A stretch of DNA of 64,000 nt, filler included, from Chiloscyllium plagiosum (GCF_004010195.1; 4 parts of one record of this genome joined end to end with filler, not necessarily neighbours in it); one strand, 5' to 3'. Shown: positions 49,276-61,478, counted from the whole stretch's first letter. The notes: generated by a model not told the origin, from the sequence alone. Numbers and translations are program-made.

Positions 49276-49588
49276 GGGTGGCACGGTGGCACAGTGGTTA
49301 GCAGTGCTGCCTCACAGCGCCAGAGACCCGGGTTCAATTCCCGTCTCAGGCGACCGACTGTGTGGAGTTTGCACATTCTCCCCGTGTCTGCGTGGGTTTC
49401 CTCCGGGTGCTCCGGTTTCCTCCCACAGTCCAAAGATGTGCAGGTCAGGTGAATTGGCCATGCTAAATTCTCCGTAGTGTTAGATAAGGGGTACATCTAG
49501 GGGTATTGGGTGGGTTGTGCTTCGGCGGGTCGGTGTGGACTTGTTGGGCCGAAGGGCCTGTTTCCACACTGTAAGTAATCTAATCTAA
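49276..49588 (+). mobile_element. HE1-type V-SINE, full length, young
   Basis: Intact box A (TGGCACAGTGG) and box B (GGTTCAATTCC), CpG-rich V-domain, tail ...CACACTGTAAGTAATCTAATCTAAT. Confidence 0.95.
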
Positions 49589-50939
49589 TTTCGAACTTCC
49601 ACCATCCTTTTTATAAAGAGGTCTTTCCAAATTTCAACCTGAGTAGCGTGGTTCTAATTTTTTAGACTATGGGATGAGTCTGACATAACCACCCTTGAAG
49701 TGTTTTCACAGTGTGGGCACAGAATATAGAGGGCGCCCAGTCCATCACCTTCCCAACTACTCCCAAGCTCAGTTCCGTAAAACGGAAAATGGGCATGTGC
49801 TGAAATTGTGAGCCCACCCATTATGTTTAAACAAATATCGAAAGGCCAATAGAGATTGCAATAATCTTAATTGGCCCCTTTCCATTGCAGATGGACCATG
49901 GACAGATGGACAGTAGTGCCTTTTTTTAAAATCCATTTTGTTTAGATGTTCAGAAAGGAAGAGCATTGTAACTTTGAACAGTGCCCTCCAGAGTTTTGTA
50001 GCTCCACTTTCAAACCTAACCCTCCAACCCACTTACTGTTCTCCCTAAGGCTGCTAAACTCACTGCTGCCAATGCCCTCACTTTCCCTGGGACAAGAGTT
50101 CTACTCGGCCATTCGTCCTGAGAGTGGTTGCAGATCCAGCAGTGCCTATCATCGAGCTCTGGCAATCCCAGAACTGCTGGAGATTCTAGCCTGGCAGATT
50201 AGCACCCTCTGGAAGCTCAAGAGATTGGGACTTCCTCTTTTGGAAGGGCAGGAGTCCCAGTATCCATTAATTTAGTTGACCATAGCAAAGTATGGTTGTG
50301 AGACAGAGTACAGAATCTGTTGGCTAACATTGCCAGGAGGGTGAGATACCATCCAAAACTGTATACTCCTCCAGTTCTGGACTGCAAAACCAGCAAAAGT
50401 AGTTTCTCTCGATCTGCCTAATCTGTTTCCTTAATAGTATAGCCTGAAACTTAAGATTGCTCCTTCAGCCATTTTGTAATTTTACCTTTGGAATCCAGGA
50501 ATCATTCTGTTAAATCTAGGCTGTACTCCCTCCAAGAGAATATATCCATCCTAAGGTGTGTAGTATTCAGGTATGGTCTAACCAGAACTTTCTTTTCCTG
50601 AAACATGACTGCTAATCCCTTGTTACTCTATTTCTTCAGATATATCAATCAATGCTCATTTTAAATGGTTTTCTATCACTGTTCTTGGCATTTTCACAAT
50701 CATTGCACTTTGTCCAGATCCCTAAGTCTCTTTCAAACTTCACTGCTTCCAGCTTTTTTCATCGAGAAAGTTTTATGTTCTATCCCATTTTGGGTTTAAA
50801 GTTGGTGATCTCACAATTGTCTTCATAAAAATCCATTTGGCATAGTCTTGCCTGTTCCATTAATTTACTGATATTTCTTTGTATTTTAAGCCTGCATTTA
50901 CACTGTTTATTACATCACCTACTATTGGTCAATTTGGGG

Positions 50940-51505
50940 AAATGGTAGTGTCATGTTAAGATTGTTGGGCTGGTCAATTCAAAACTCCAAACTAGAGAGT
51001 TCAAATTCCACCACAGAAGCTGTAGAAATTTAAATTCCGGAAATAAAAATTGAAGGTAGTCTCAGTAATGGAAACAACGGAATTAGCATCATTGTCATAA
51101 AAATGCTATCTGTTTCACTAATGGCCTTTCAGCAGACTTGAGATCGATTAAGCCCAATTGGCTGGTTATAATCAGGGGTGACACTGGCCATGTGGTTTTG
51201 ATTTCCAACTAGCTGAGGTTATTGTTTAAAGTTCTCCTTCCTAACCCCTCCCCTTGACTGAGATGTGCTGACCCTCAGTTTAAACCATCACCAGGCATTT
51301 CTGTCTAATGAGCCCAGCCCTATGGTCGGTGACAGTGACATTACTTTAGGGAAGGACATCTTTGATCCTTACCCGTCCTCGCCTACATCCAGGCCCAGGG
51401 TCTGGGCTCTTAACTGCTTTCTGAAGTGGCCTAACAAACTATTCAGTTCAACAGCAATTAGTGATGGGCAACAAATGCTGGCTTTTTTATTGGTGCTCAC
51501 ACACT
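50940..51505 (+). mobile_element. SINE family B with a different tRNA-SINE nested at ~51135-51346
   Basis: Host: GGTAGTGTC...GTTCAAATTCCACC...TTCACTAATGGCCTTT | insert | AGGGAAGGA...GCAATTAGTGATGGGCAACAAATGCTGGC. Insert: AGCTGAGGTTA...GACCCTCAGTTTAAACCATCACCAG...CAGCCCTATGGTC, with a related minus copy at ~57325-57475. Confidence 0.55.
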
Positions 51506-51674
51506 GTTAAAAATAATATGGCAGAAATGTCAATATGTGGTTTTCTATCACAACATTTACATCTTCAATAAATATAGTGAATACTTGAGGTTTCTGTGGT
51601 CACAACTAGCCAGAGAATCTGCCTATTATTATTTATTTCTTTCATCACCAATCAGAAAAGTTATTTTACTAAAG

Positions 51675-51752
51675 AGCTTTTGCCCAAAACATCGATGCTC
51701 CTGCGCCTTGGATACTGCCTGACCTGCTGTGCTTTTCCAGCACCACACTCAC
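51675..51752 (+). mobile_element. PLE family A 3' fragment (hammerhead truncated)
   Basis: GAGCTTTTGCCCAAAACATCGATGCTCCTGC...GCCTGACCTGCTGTGCTTTTCCAGCACCACACTC. Confidence 0.7.
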
Positions 51753-52877
51753 AACACAAATTTCTGTATCAGGTCAATTGTTTGTTTTCAATTTGTGGGG
51801 CATCAACTTTTGAGGGATTTTATCTGGAAGTCTGTATACTACCTGCACAGAAATTCCCCATTACATCCATCATACTTCCAAACCTTCCATCAGAATTTCA
51901 GGTATGACTTACCCCGATGGTGGATTTTGCATATCACACCATCATTTAATGGAATGTTTGTGTTTTCCACAGTATCCTCACTGAAAAGGTAGCACAGCTA
52001 ATTATCATAGCTCAAAAAAATTCTGGGACAGCAAGTCAATGTTGCTACCATCAAAGCATTCTTGTTAATGTTTAATTAAGCCTTAAAGCTACTCTGAGAA
52101 ATATTCTTGACTAGTAAAGGAACTGGCTTCTTTGGTCGTACTCATGTATTCTGATTCCTTTGAGGGCTCTTAAATGGATCGCAGGAGGTACTCAGCTGTT
52201 TGCAGTATGTTGTAAAGAGATACCTACCATTAAAGTCTGCTGCGTCTGTCTGATCCTTCATTGTAATTTTGGAGGGATACCTGAAGAAATTGGTCATATG
52301 GATCCAGTTTGAAATTAAGCTCACAATAAATCTTTCTATTATATTTATAAAACTTGATTATACATGCCCTGACACTTTCACGTTCATAGTTTTGCCATGT
52401 GAAGAATACTGAATAATGTCTTAAAACTTCCATTGCCTTGTCAATGTCCACACAGCCCTGACAATTATTTAATTTCAAATGATCGATAGTTTGTTTATTA
52501 GAATAACTGTACTGAGTATTGCAATGAATTAAAGGAACATAAAATATTCATTCTTTTATCTCAGTTCTTAAATAAAGCTAATGAAAGTTAAAACAAATTA
52601 AATCATTGAATAATGTTGTGCAATTTTTGTGAAATAAATCACAGATTATTGAGATCTGAAATGGATTACACAATGACAGCAACTTCATCCAGAGAAGGGT
52701 TGATCTGGATGATTGGAGGTTAATGTATCACTAGCCAACTGCATTAATTGTATCTATTCACTCCTTTATTTTTCCAGAACCAGGTTATATCATAGTGGAC
52801 TTGGAATCATTTTTCAAAACATAGAAAACTACTAAACTCGTAAAAGTAATGAATAGTCTTGAATTTTGAGCATATGT

Positions 52878-53655
52878 TTTATCCACTTTGGTCACAAAAA
52901 CAGGAAGGCAGATTATTAACTGAATGGTGGCAGTTTAAGAAAAGGTGAGATGTAATGAGACCTGGGTGTCATGGTGGAACAGTCGCTGTAGCTTGGCATG
53001 TGGCTGCAGTGAGGAAAGCTTATGGCATGCTGGCCTTCAAAGTGAGAGGAATTGACTATCAGAGTAAGGATGTCTTTCTGTAGGTATATAGGGCCTCGGT
53101 GAGGCCATGCCTTTAGTGTTGTGTGCAGTTTTTCCGAGTCTGAGGAAGAACATTCTTGCTACTGAGCGAGTCCAGCAAAGATTCACCATGCTGATTCCTG
53201 GGATGGCAGGACTGACATATGAGGAAAGACTGGACTGATTGGACTTGTACTCACTGGAATTTGGAAGAATGGGAGGGATCTCTTAGAAAGATATAAAATC
53301 CTGGCCTGATCAGGCTAGATGTGAGAAGACCTTTCCCATGAAAGACCAGAACTGGGGGTTACAGTCTAAGAATGAGGGGTAAGTCATTTAAGACTGAGGT
53401 GAGGAAGAATATTTTCACTCAGAGTTGTGAACTTGTGGAAATCTCTTCTAAGGAAGCTGTTGGGGCCAGTTCCTAGATATATTGAAGAGGGAAATGAATG
53501 AGGCCCTTCCACCTAAAGGCATCAAGGGGTGTGCAATGAAAGCAGAATGGGATACTGACATTGCATGATCAGCCATGATCATATTGAATGGTGGTGCAGA
53601 CTCAAAGGGCCGAATAGCCTACTTCTGCAGCCATTTTTTGTGTTTCCATGTTTCT
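52878..53655 (+). mobile_element. CR1 3' fragment
   Basis: Colinear with 35669-36385, including GATCAGCCATGATCATATTGAATGGTGGTGCAG. Confidence 0.85.
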
Positions 53656-54265
53656 TTGTTTAAATGATGATTATTTTTATTTCTCATTATGACTATGTTT
53701 TTTTTTCCAATGGTCCCATCAAGCCACGTTTGTGTGTGGGGCTATCCTTATTAGTTTCACCTTTGCCTCCTTCCTTTGTCCTCTAAAATTGAATTCTCCT
53801 TTGAATATTTCCTCTTCGCTCTCCCTCATCCCTCACTTAAGTCTTATTAATAAATATTCTTCCTTCTTTCTCCACCTCAGCCGTTACCCTAAAAATTAGT
53901 TTTGGTGATTTTAGCTTATGGTGTTTTTCCATCTCCCTCTGCTTTGATCACCAACTTGATTTTCTTCAATCTCACCCTCCCAATAATCTTCTTGACTTTC
54001 CAATTTCTTAGTCTCATCTGAAGTCTTGATCACTGATAAAGCAACTTGAGATCATTTGTTCATCTGCTTTATAACACATTTTTCTACCCCACTCCAACAC
54101 CACACTTTTGACTATTTGTTCCTGTAAATAAACTCTGTTTCAAGTCTTTCAAATATCATCAAATCTTTTCTTTTTGATGAACCATCTATTTTAACTAACA
54201 TGTAGTTTCCACAATGCTTACAGCACTCTAAGTCTAGTCCAAGCATGGCTTTGTGTCTTTGAAGT

Positions 54266-54972
54266 TGTTATGACACGAGGTAAACCCTCCTGCCTAATTT
54301 AAAACCAGCAACACAGGAAAGATTTACCCCATGCAGTAATCTATAAAAATTTGATAGGCCAAGAACGAGTTAAAGTAAAAATTAACAACTTTATTTCTTA
54401 AAGTATAACAGAGAATAATTAAGTAACAACTATTCACAAGTTCTTACTCTAACCTATCTTCCCTTCTATAATGCTAGTCTGATAAAACTCCCAATTAAGA
54501 TTTACGAAATAAAACTTCTTATCTCAAAACCAGGCAGCTTTCGGTTCTTCTATTTGGATCTTTCTGTGTCTTCTTTTCTTCTTCTTAGGGATTCTGCATC
54601 ATCGGTTACTGATTGATAAAGGTATTTTTTAAGAGAGCTTTTTTTTCAGGTAGCCTTTTTCAGGTAGCTGGGCAGTTCTCCTTTAACTGTTCAATTTTTC
54701 CCCAGTTTTATACCCCAGAGCATTGGATTGTGTCATTGGCTTTAAAGATTGTCAATATAGTCAATTCAAACTTGATTGGAATTTGGTATTTTTCAGGGTA
54801 TAATTTAAACTGATAGGCATAATTCAAACCTGTTCTTTGCCATTTCCAGGCAACCAGGTACTCCAGTAGTTAGAGTCCATATTACATTGTGTCCTTATTG
54901 AGAACACTTGGTGCTGTCACTGTTAGCTTTTAACTCTCTTAAAAGGTACAGTTCACCCACATCTTCATAATA
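54266..54972 (-). mobile_element. Solo LTR (gypsy/ERV-like) with 4-bp TSD
   Basis: Termini TGTTATGA...TCATAATA (inverted, TG..CA with one decay); AAGT at 54262-54265 and 54973-54976; minus-strand AATAAA near 54390; interrupts a degenerate CR1. Confidence 0.75.
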
Positions 54973-56696
54973 AAGTACAATTTCTTCCCCCTTGTAATTT
55001 CGTCCTCTAGTTATGAAGTCCTGCAGTCCATTTACATTTTTGATTCTTTATGTGCCTGATTATGATATCTCGAATATATGTTTCCAAGTCTCCAAGTCTC
55101 TCTCGTTCTCCACTGTTTATAGTTTTTTTTTCCTTTAAACATTATCTAGCTCCATCCTTTTATCAGATCCAAAATGGATGACTTGACATTTGCCTGCATT
55201 GATAACAATTGCTACTTCTTTTCCCATTTACTTACAAGTCTATTCTCATTTCAGCTTGATGCAGCACCCAATCCAAAATATTTAAGGTATTAATAAATAC
55301 TGTTAATACTTAGGCCTCAATGCAGATCCTTGCAGAAACCACGCGTCACGTCTTGCTAAATGTGTACCGACTGGCCCATTATTTCCTTTCTGAGCCATTC
55401 AGCAAGTTTGCTAATTTGTGAGAAATAAAATCTAAGATTTTGAAAAAGATATATGACCCAGTGAGGAGCAGAGCTCAAATGAACGACACAATACCATTTG
55501 ATGTCGACAAGTGTATAGAAACAGATTGGATTTCAACAGCACCGTTTGCAATGTTCACAAGACTGTTTGAAGTAATGGAAACTGCAGGCTGCATTTCATT
55601 ATGGGTAAGCAAAATTGTTGAGGTCACTCATGCTTCAGAAACTCATGTACTGCTCATCATTATGCTTAATCTCCCAGCCTATCACTGTGGAGACTAGGGT
55701 TTAATATCTTGATGAGGTGTGGTTGATATCTCTGTGATACGATGAGTGAAAGTTTGGATATGCTTTTAGGATCTTTTAGGATCCCAGAGTCAGGAAATCC
55801 AGGCTCAAGTCTAACGAAATCCAGAAGTACACAATAATATCTCTGAACATGTTGATTCGAAAATACCTCCGCAAAAATACCAGAGGCAAGGGCATGTGCA
55901 TTTTCAACAGAGATTTAAAATGCAAAGTGAGTGTCAGATTGCCACTCATCACAATTCCTGATCAATGGAAATGTTTTGCAGCAGGAATCATCAGAGAAAT
56001 ATAAAATTGTAGCACCGTGTAGCTTTATTTTGGCCCTCCCCATGTGGGCTTGCTCAAAAAATTCAGTCCTGAACAATGTCTTGGCAGTACAAAAATAAAG
56101 GGACAAAATGCTTTTCTGGCTGACTTAAGTGGTCATATCCTTAATTACATTTCCTATCATTTTTCACTAGCAGAGCAATATAGGCAATGTTCCAATCTAA
56201 ATGAATGATTCCTGAATGACTTAAGTGCTCTTCAGTGAGTTTTGAAAACTGTGGGTAACTGGCACAAACTGACTTTGATTGATGATGGCAAAGTTTGATT
56301 TCTTTTCAAATTCAGAGAAACTGCCTAGCAAAAGCCACATTTTTAATACATGCTCTATCAGATGAATCCTTCAGCGACAATGTTTTAGAAATCAGTAATT
56401 TGAGGGACTCATTGCTAATTAGAGTGTGAGCAAGAGTGTTGTGTGCATTGATTATGATCGAAAGATAGCTGAATCATTTAGGTTGACCATTCACTGGGTG
56501 ATTGGATGTAATCCTCCATGTAATGCATTTTTGACTAATGCATTATGACTAATTCGCGAGGGGTGTATTGCACTGTTTACGAGATCCCCACAGAACCCAG
56601 TAAAGGCATTCATGTTTGAATCATGCTTTGAGTGTTGTCACATTATTTCCCATCATCATCATTCCAAGCAGTAAGCAGTCAAGAATAGACCATAAG

Positions 56697-57220
56697 ACCA
56701 TAAGAGAAAGGAACATGAGTAGGCTGTTCAGTCCTTTGAGCCTGCTCTGTTATTTAAGGGCTGACCTGCCCTTCTCCCAAAACCCACAATTCCCCATCTG
56801 ATCAAGAACCTATCTCACTCAGCCTCAAATGTAAACAAGGATTCTGCCCCCACAGCACTCTAGAGCAAGGAGTTCCATGATTCACAACTCTGAGAGAGAA
56901 GAAATTCCTCCAATTTCAGTTTTAAATTGGCCTCCTTTTGGTTCGAGACAATAGTCTCTGGTCCTAAACACTCCCATGAGGGGAAACATCCTATCCACAT
57001 TTACTCTGTCAATGTCCTTAAGAATCCTATCTGTTTCAGTGAGGTTACCTCTCATTCTCCTAAACACTAGTGAGTAATCCCAACCTATTTAGCTTTTGCT
57101 CAAAAGACAATCCGTCCTTTCCAGAGATTATCCTATGAACCTTCCTGAATTGCCTCCAGTGGTATTGTATTTTTCCTTAAATAAGGAGATCAAAACTATT
57201 CACAGTACTCCAGATATTGT
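56697..57220 (-). mobile_element. CR1 3' fragment
   Basis: (AGACCATA)n tail; FRRMRGNLTET..ILKDIDRVNVDRMFPL.G..RTR. Confidence 0.8.
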
Positions 57221-57479
57221 TCGCAGTACTACAAGTCAAGTAATAAAGTCAATAATTTGTCTTAAATTCTGGGACACACAACTTTAGCTAATACTTTTCA
57301 TGAGGAATTTTATCAGGTGAACGTAAAATCACCACTGTCCTACCCAACTCTCTTGTTAGAGCAAGACATCGGGTGATGGTTTCACCTGAGAGTCACAGTG
57401 TCTCAGATAAGGAAAGACACTGAGAAGAAAAGTACTTTGTGGTAAGATCAATTGGTGTGGGAATTAAATCATGTATTTA

Positions 57480-57725
57480 TTTTAGTGGGATATGGGCATC
57501 ACTGGCCAGCCAGCATTTATTGCCCATTCCTAGTTGCTGTTGAGAAGGTGGTGGTGCGCTGCCTTCTTGAACTGTTGCAGTCCACCTGCTATGGGTTGAC
57601 CCACATGCTATTAGGGAGGGAATTCCAGGATTTTGATCCAGTGGCAGTAAAAGAACACCAATATATTTCCAAGTCAGGACGGTGAGTAGCTTGGAGTGGA
57701 ACTTTCAGGTGGTGGTGTTCCCATA
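57480..57725 (-). mobile_element. LINE family B 3' end
   Basis: TGGGATATGGGCATCACTGGCCAGCCAGCATTTATTGCCCAT...GAGAAGGTGGTGGTG...CCAGGATTTTGATCCAG. Confidence 0.75.
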
Positions 57726-59434
57726 CCCTTTACAAATTCATGCTGGTTCCACTGATAGCTGAATCTTTTCAAACTGTTCAATAAATCTTGTTTTTAATTA
57801 ATAACAGATGTTTGCATGAAAGTTCAATAATTTCCTTATTTACATTTCCTATCATTTTTTAATAGCCAAGTGACGTAGGCAATGTTTTAATCTAAAGGAA
57901 TCGTACTGAATGAATAGAATTTGACATGCTGTAGCCAGGGCATCTATAATGTTCTCACTTGCTTCCTTTAATACATTGAAGTAAAATAAAACCATATGAT
58001 TCTGGGGACTTCTCATAGTTCTGTCCCAGTACTTCCTTTACTGCTCTTATTTAGTTTTTGTCAATGCCAGTGGATCCTTGTCACTGGTTCAACATTGGTT
58101 TCTTTGGGATTTCTGGAATGCTATATCTTACCATTTTACAAGTAATGAAACAAAGACATAATTCAATGTTTCTATGCAGTTCTTTATTTTCAGTGTCCAT
58201 TTTACTGTTGTTAGTTTGAATGGGCCAAGTTACTTTTGACCACTGTCTTTTTCCTAATACAACTGAACAATAATGACTGATGTCTAGATACAACGTCTAA
58301 CATAATATAAGGTCCCAGGATAATTGACCAGAATTTTACAACACAAAAATATAAACTTAATATAATTAACATATATTGCATTGAATTTCTTTTCAGAGTA
58401 CCGTTTTGTAGTTCTTACTATCTGTATTGTTACCATTTGCTGGTCTTTAACTTTCCCATTCACTGTCATTTGTATTTGTGCAAAAAACAGCTGATTGCTT
58501 ATTTCATTGTTGCAATGACAAAGAAACACACATGTGGAACAAAATACAAACCTCACATCAAAATGTTGTGTTCCAATAAGAAAGAATTGGCAATTTTATG
58601 GGGAGCAGGTTTGCAGTTTGGGTTTAACCATTAATTGCCATGTCTTGTGAAAGTACACATACTTTGTCTTTTTATTGAAGTATATCTAAAATGACAACTT
58701 TGATGGTGGTCTTCGATGTTACTAATTTTGAGACCAATTGTTACTTTCTTTCTATATTTAGTATGATGATTAAATTCATTCCTAAATCTTAAATTAATCT
58801 AAATTAAATGCAACTTTCATCTAAAGTGGAAGTCTTCCTTCCAATATGCATGAATACTTCCTTTTGGAAAGTTTCTTAAATCTGATAAGTCCTGTCTGGT
58901 TGCAGGTCATGTCAAGAGTTTTTAATTATGAAAATTAGACACTTAGCACACTGAGCGATTACGTGGCATGTTCAATAAAAAATTTCAACCTTAAACCTAT
59001 AATTGAACTCAGTCAAACGTGATGCTAAGGAAAAAAGACCTGTTCTGTGGATTTATCCAGCTTATGTCAGTTTCTAGTTGTCACAAATTCACAAAACACA
59101 ATAGCCCAAAATTCAACAATTGGCAGCGAATTGACATTGTAACTCTGAGAGGCTTGATTGTACATTGTTGTTCAAATTAATATTGTCGAATGATTACAAC
59201 ATTAATTGTAATTAATCTCTCAATTATGAATGTTAATCTCAGTTCATCTTGGTTTTAATTGAATATTTAATTGATGTAATTACTATATCCATCTCATTCA
59301 CCTTTATTTAATTACTGATGCTATTGTTATGATTACATGGAATTATATGGCAATAAGGTGAACTGTTTACAGAACTTGTATTGACATTAAGTATAAGTCA
59401 TAAATTTTATCTAATGAACCTTCAGAATATGGTA

Positions 59435-59868
59435 GACTGGTCAGAAAATTAAAAGCTCATGGAATCCAAGGGGAAAGTGACAAGATGGCTGCAAAACTGG
59501 TTCTGTGACAGGAAACAAAGAATAATGGTTGATGAGCATTTTTGTAAATGTGAGGATGATTTCAGTGGTGTTTGAAAGAGGCCAATACTGAGCCATTGTT
59601 GCTTGTGGAATATAACAATGTATGTGACATGATTAAAATGTTTGCAAATGCAGACTTAAAAATTGGTCTTGTGCCCAATAGCGAGAAAGGAAGTTATAGA
59701 ATGAAGTAAATGCTGATGGAGTAGTCAGGTGAGAAATTGAATTCAATTGTAGGAATGTGAGACAGTGCATTTCGGAAGCACAAGCAGTAAAAAGAAACAC
59801 AGAATGAATGGTAGGATGCTTGGAGATGTAGAGGAACAGAGCAACATTGGAGTAGAGTTCCATTTGCC
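59435..59868 (+). mobile_element. Old CR1 RT fragment (host of the following element)
   Basis: AAAATTAAAAGCTCATGGAATCCAAGGGG...AGGAAACAAAGAATAATGGTTGATG...TTTGCAAATG. Confidence 0.6.
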
Positions 59869-61378
59869 AGAGCTGCGAGTCGAGAAGGAGTGGTGAAGCG
59901 AGGGCTGCCGGGAAGGGTAAGTTTTCCCGTATTAAATGGGACTTACCTTGGGAGTCGGGCCTCCATTTGCTGAGAGATGCGAGGGAGGAGCGAAGGACTT
60001 CTGGGAAATCATATATTTGTGTGGTTGCGTTACCTGAAACACTACTCGGGTAGTGTCTCCCACCCATCCTCCTCCTCTAACCAAAAAAAAGGTTCTGTGC
60101 ACTAGATTGGTAAGGTAACGAGTTTTTTTTTTATTCCTTATTTATTCAATAGTCTCTTTGGAAATTTAGAATAGTGGAATGGAGGTTCGGGCAGTTGAAT
60201 GTTTCTCCTGCAGAATGTGGGAGGTAAGGGTCACCACTAGTGTCCCTCCTGACTACATCTGCGGGAAGTGCACCCAACTCCAGCTCCTCGAAAATCGCGT
60301 TAGGGAACTTCAGCTGGAGCTGGATGAACTTCGGATCATTCGGGAAGCAGAGGGGGTTATTGAGAGGAGTTACAGGGAAGTAGTCACTCTTAAGGTTCAA
60401 GAAAAAAGCAGATGGGTTACAGTCAGGGGACGGAAAGGGAACCAGCAGACAGTGCAGGGATCCTCTGGGCCATTCCCCCAACAATAAGTATACTGTTTTG
60501 GATACTGTTGGAGGGGATGACTTACCGGGGAAAGCAGTGGGGCACAGGGCTCTGGCACAGAGTCTGTCCCTGCTGCTCAGAAGGGAAAGGGGAAGAGAAG
60601 CAGAGCAGTAGTCATCAGGGACTCCATAATTAGGGGGACTGATAGGAGGTTCTGTGGGGACAAGAGAGACTCACGGTTGGTGTGTTGACTCCCAGGTGCC
60701 ATGGTTCATGATGTCTCTGATCACGTTTTTGGGATCCTTAAGGGGGAGGGGGAGCAGCCCCAAGTCATGGTCCATATAGGCACCAATGACATAGGTAGGA
60801 AGAGAGATGGGGATTTAAGGCAGAAAGTCAGGGAGCTAGGATGGAAGCTTAGATCTAGGACGAACAGAGTTGTTGAATCTGGTTTGTTGCCCGTGCCACG
60901 TGATAGTGAGACAAGGAAAACGGAAAGAGAGGAGTTGAACACATGGCTACAGGCATGGTGCAGGAGGGAGGGGTTTAGATTCTTGGATAATTTGGGCTGT
61001 TTCTTGGGTAGGTGGGACCTCTACAAGCAGATGGTCTTTATCTGAACCAGAGGGGTACCAATATCCTGGAGGGGAAATTCGCTAAGGCTACTGGGGTGGG
61101 TTTAAACTAATCCAGCAGGGGGATGGGAACCAAAATTGTAGTTCGAGTATAGAAAAAGTTGAGAGTAGGAGGTCCAAAATCAAGTTTCAGGGACGCAAGA
61201 TGGACCGGCAAACAAGATGTTGGTTTGAAGTGTGTCTACTTCAATGCCAGGAGCATCTGGAATAAGGTGGGTGAACTTGCAGCATGGGTTGGTACATGGG
61301 ACTTCGATGTTGCGGCCATTTCAGAGACATGGATAGAGCAGGGACAGGAATGGTTGTTGCAGGTTCCAGGATTTAGAT
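59869..61378 (+). mobile_element. CR1 5' half: 5'UTR, ORF1 (zinc finger, leucine zipper, SGNH esterase; disrupted, ~60179-61110) and start of ORF2 endonuclease
   Basis: AVECFSCRMWE...YICGKCTQLQLLENRVRELQLELDEL; IRGLHN/GDSII-type block in a shifted frame; VHIGTND; WCRREGFRFLD; GLN*; then LKCVYFNARSI.NKVGEL.AW..TWDFDV.AISETW; truncated by a gap. Confidence 0.92.
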
Positions 61379-61478
61379 NNNNNNNNNNNNNNNNNNNNNN
61401 NNNNNNNNNNNNNNNNNNNNNNTTAATTAATTAANNNNNNNNNNNNNNNNNNNNNNNNNNNNNNNNNNNNNNNNNNNN
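61379..61478. other. Assembly gap with artificial TTAATTAATTAA linker
   Basis: 44 N + 12-mer + 44 N. Confidence 0.95.

Noticed and set aside
49276..49350. tRNA gene (also 43084, 24162, 10680-10753)
   Set aside because: These are tRNA-derived SINE heads continuing into the V-domain and LINE-like tail; no complete cloverleaf or terminator.
52685..52712. 9-bp hairpin TCATCCAGA/TCTGGATGA as a miRNA or terminator
   Set aside because: Too short for a pre-miRNA, no known mature miRNA recognised, and plausible by chance.
55440..55697. 85-aa ORF with internal GGTAAG donor as a possible host exon
   Set aside because: No recognisable homology, a TTG start, and no compatible downstream exon identified.
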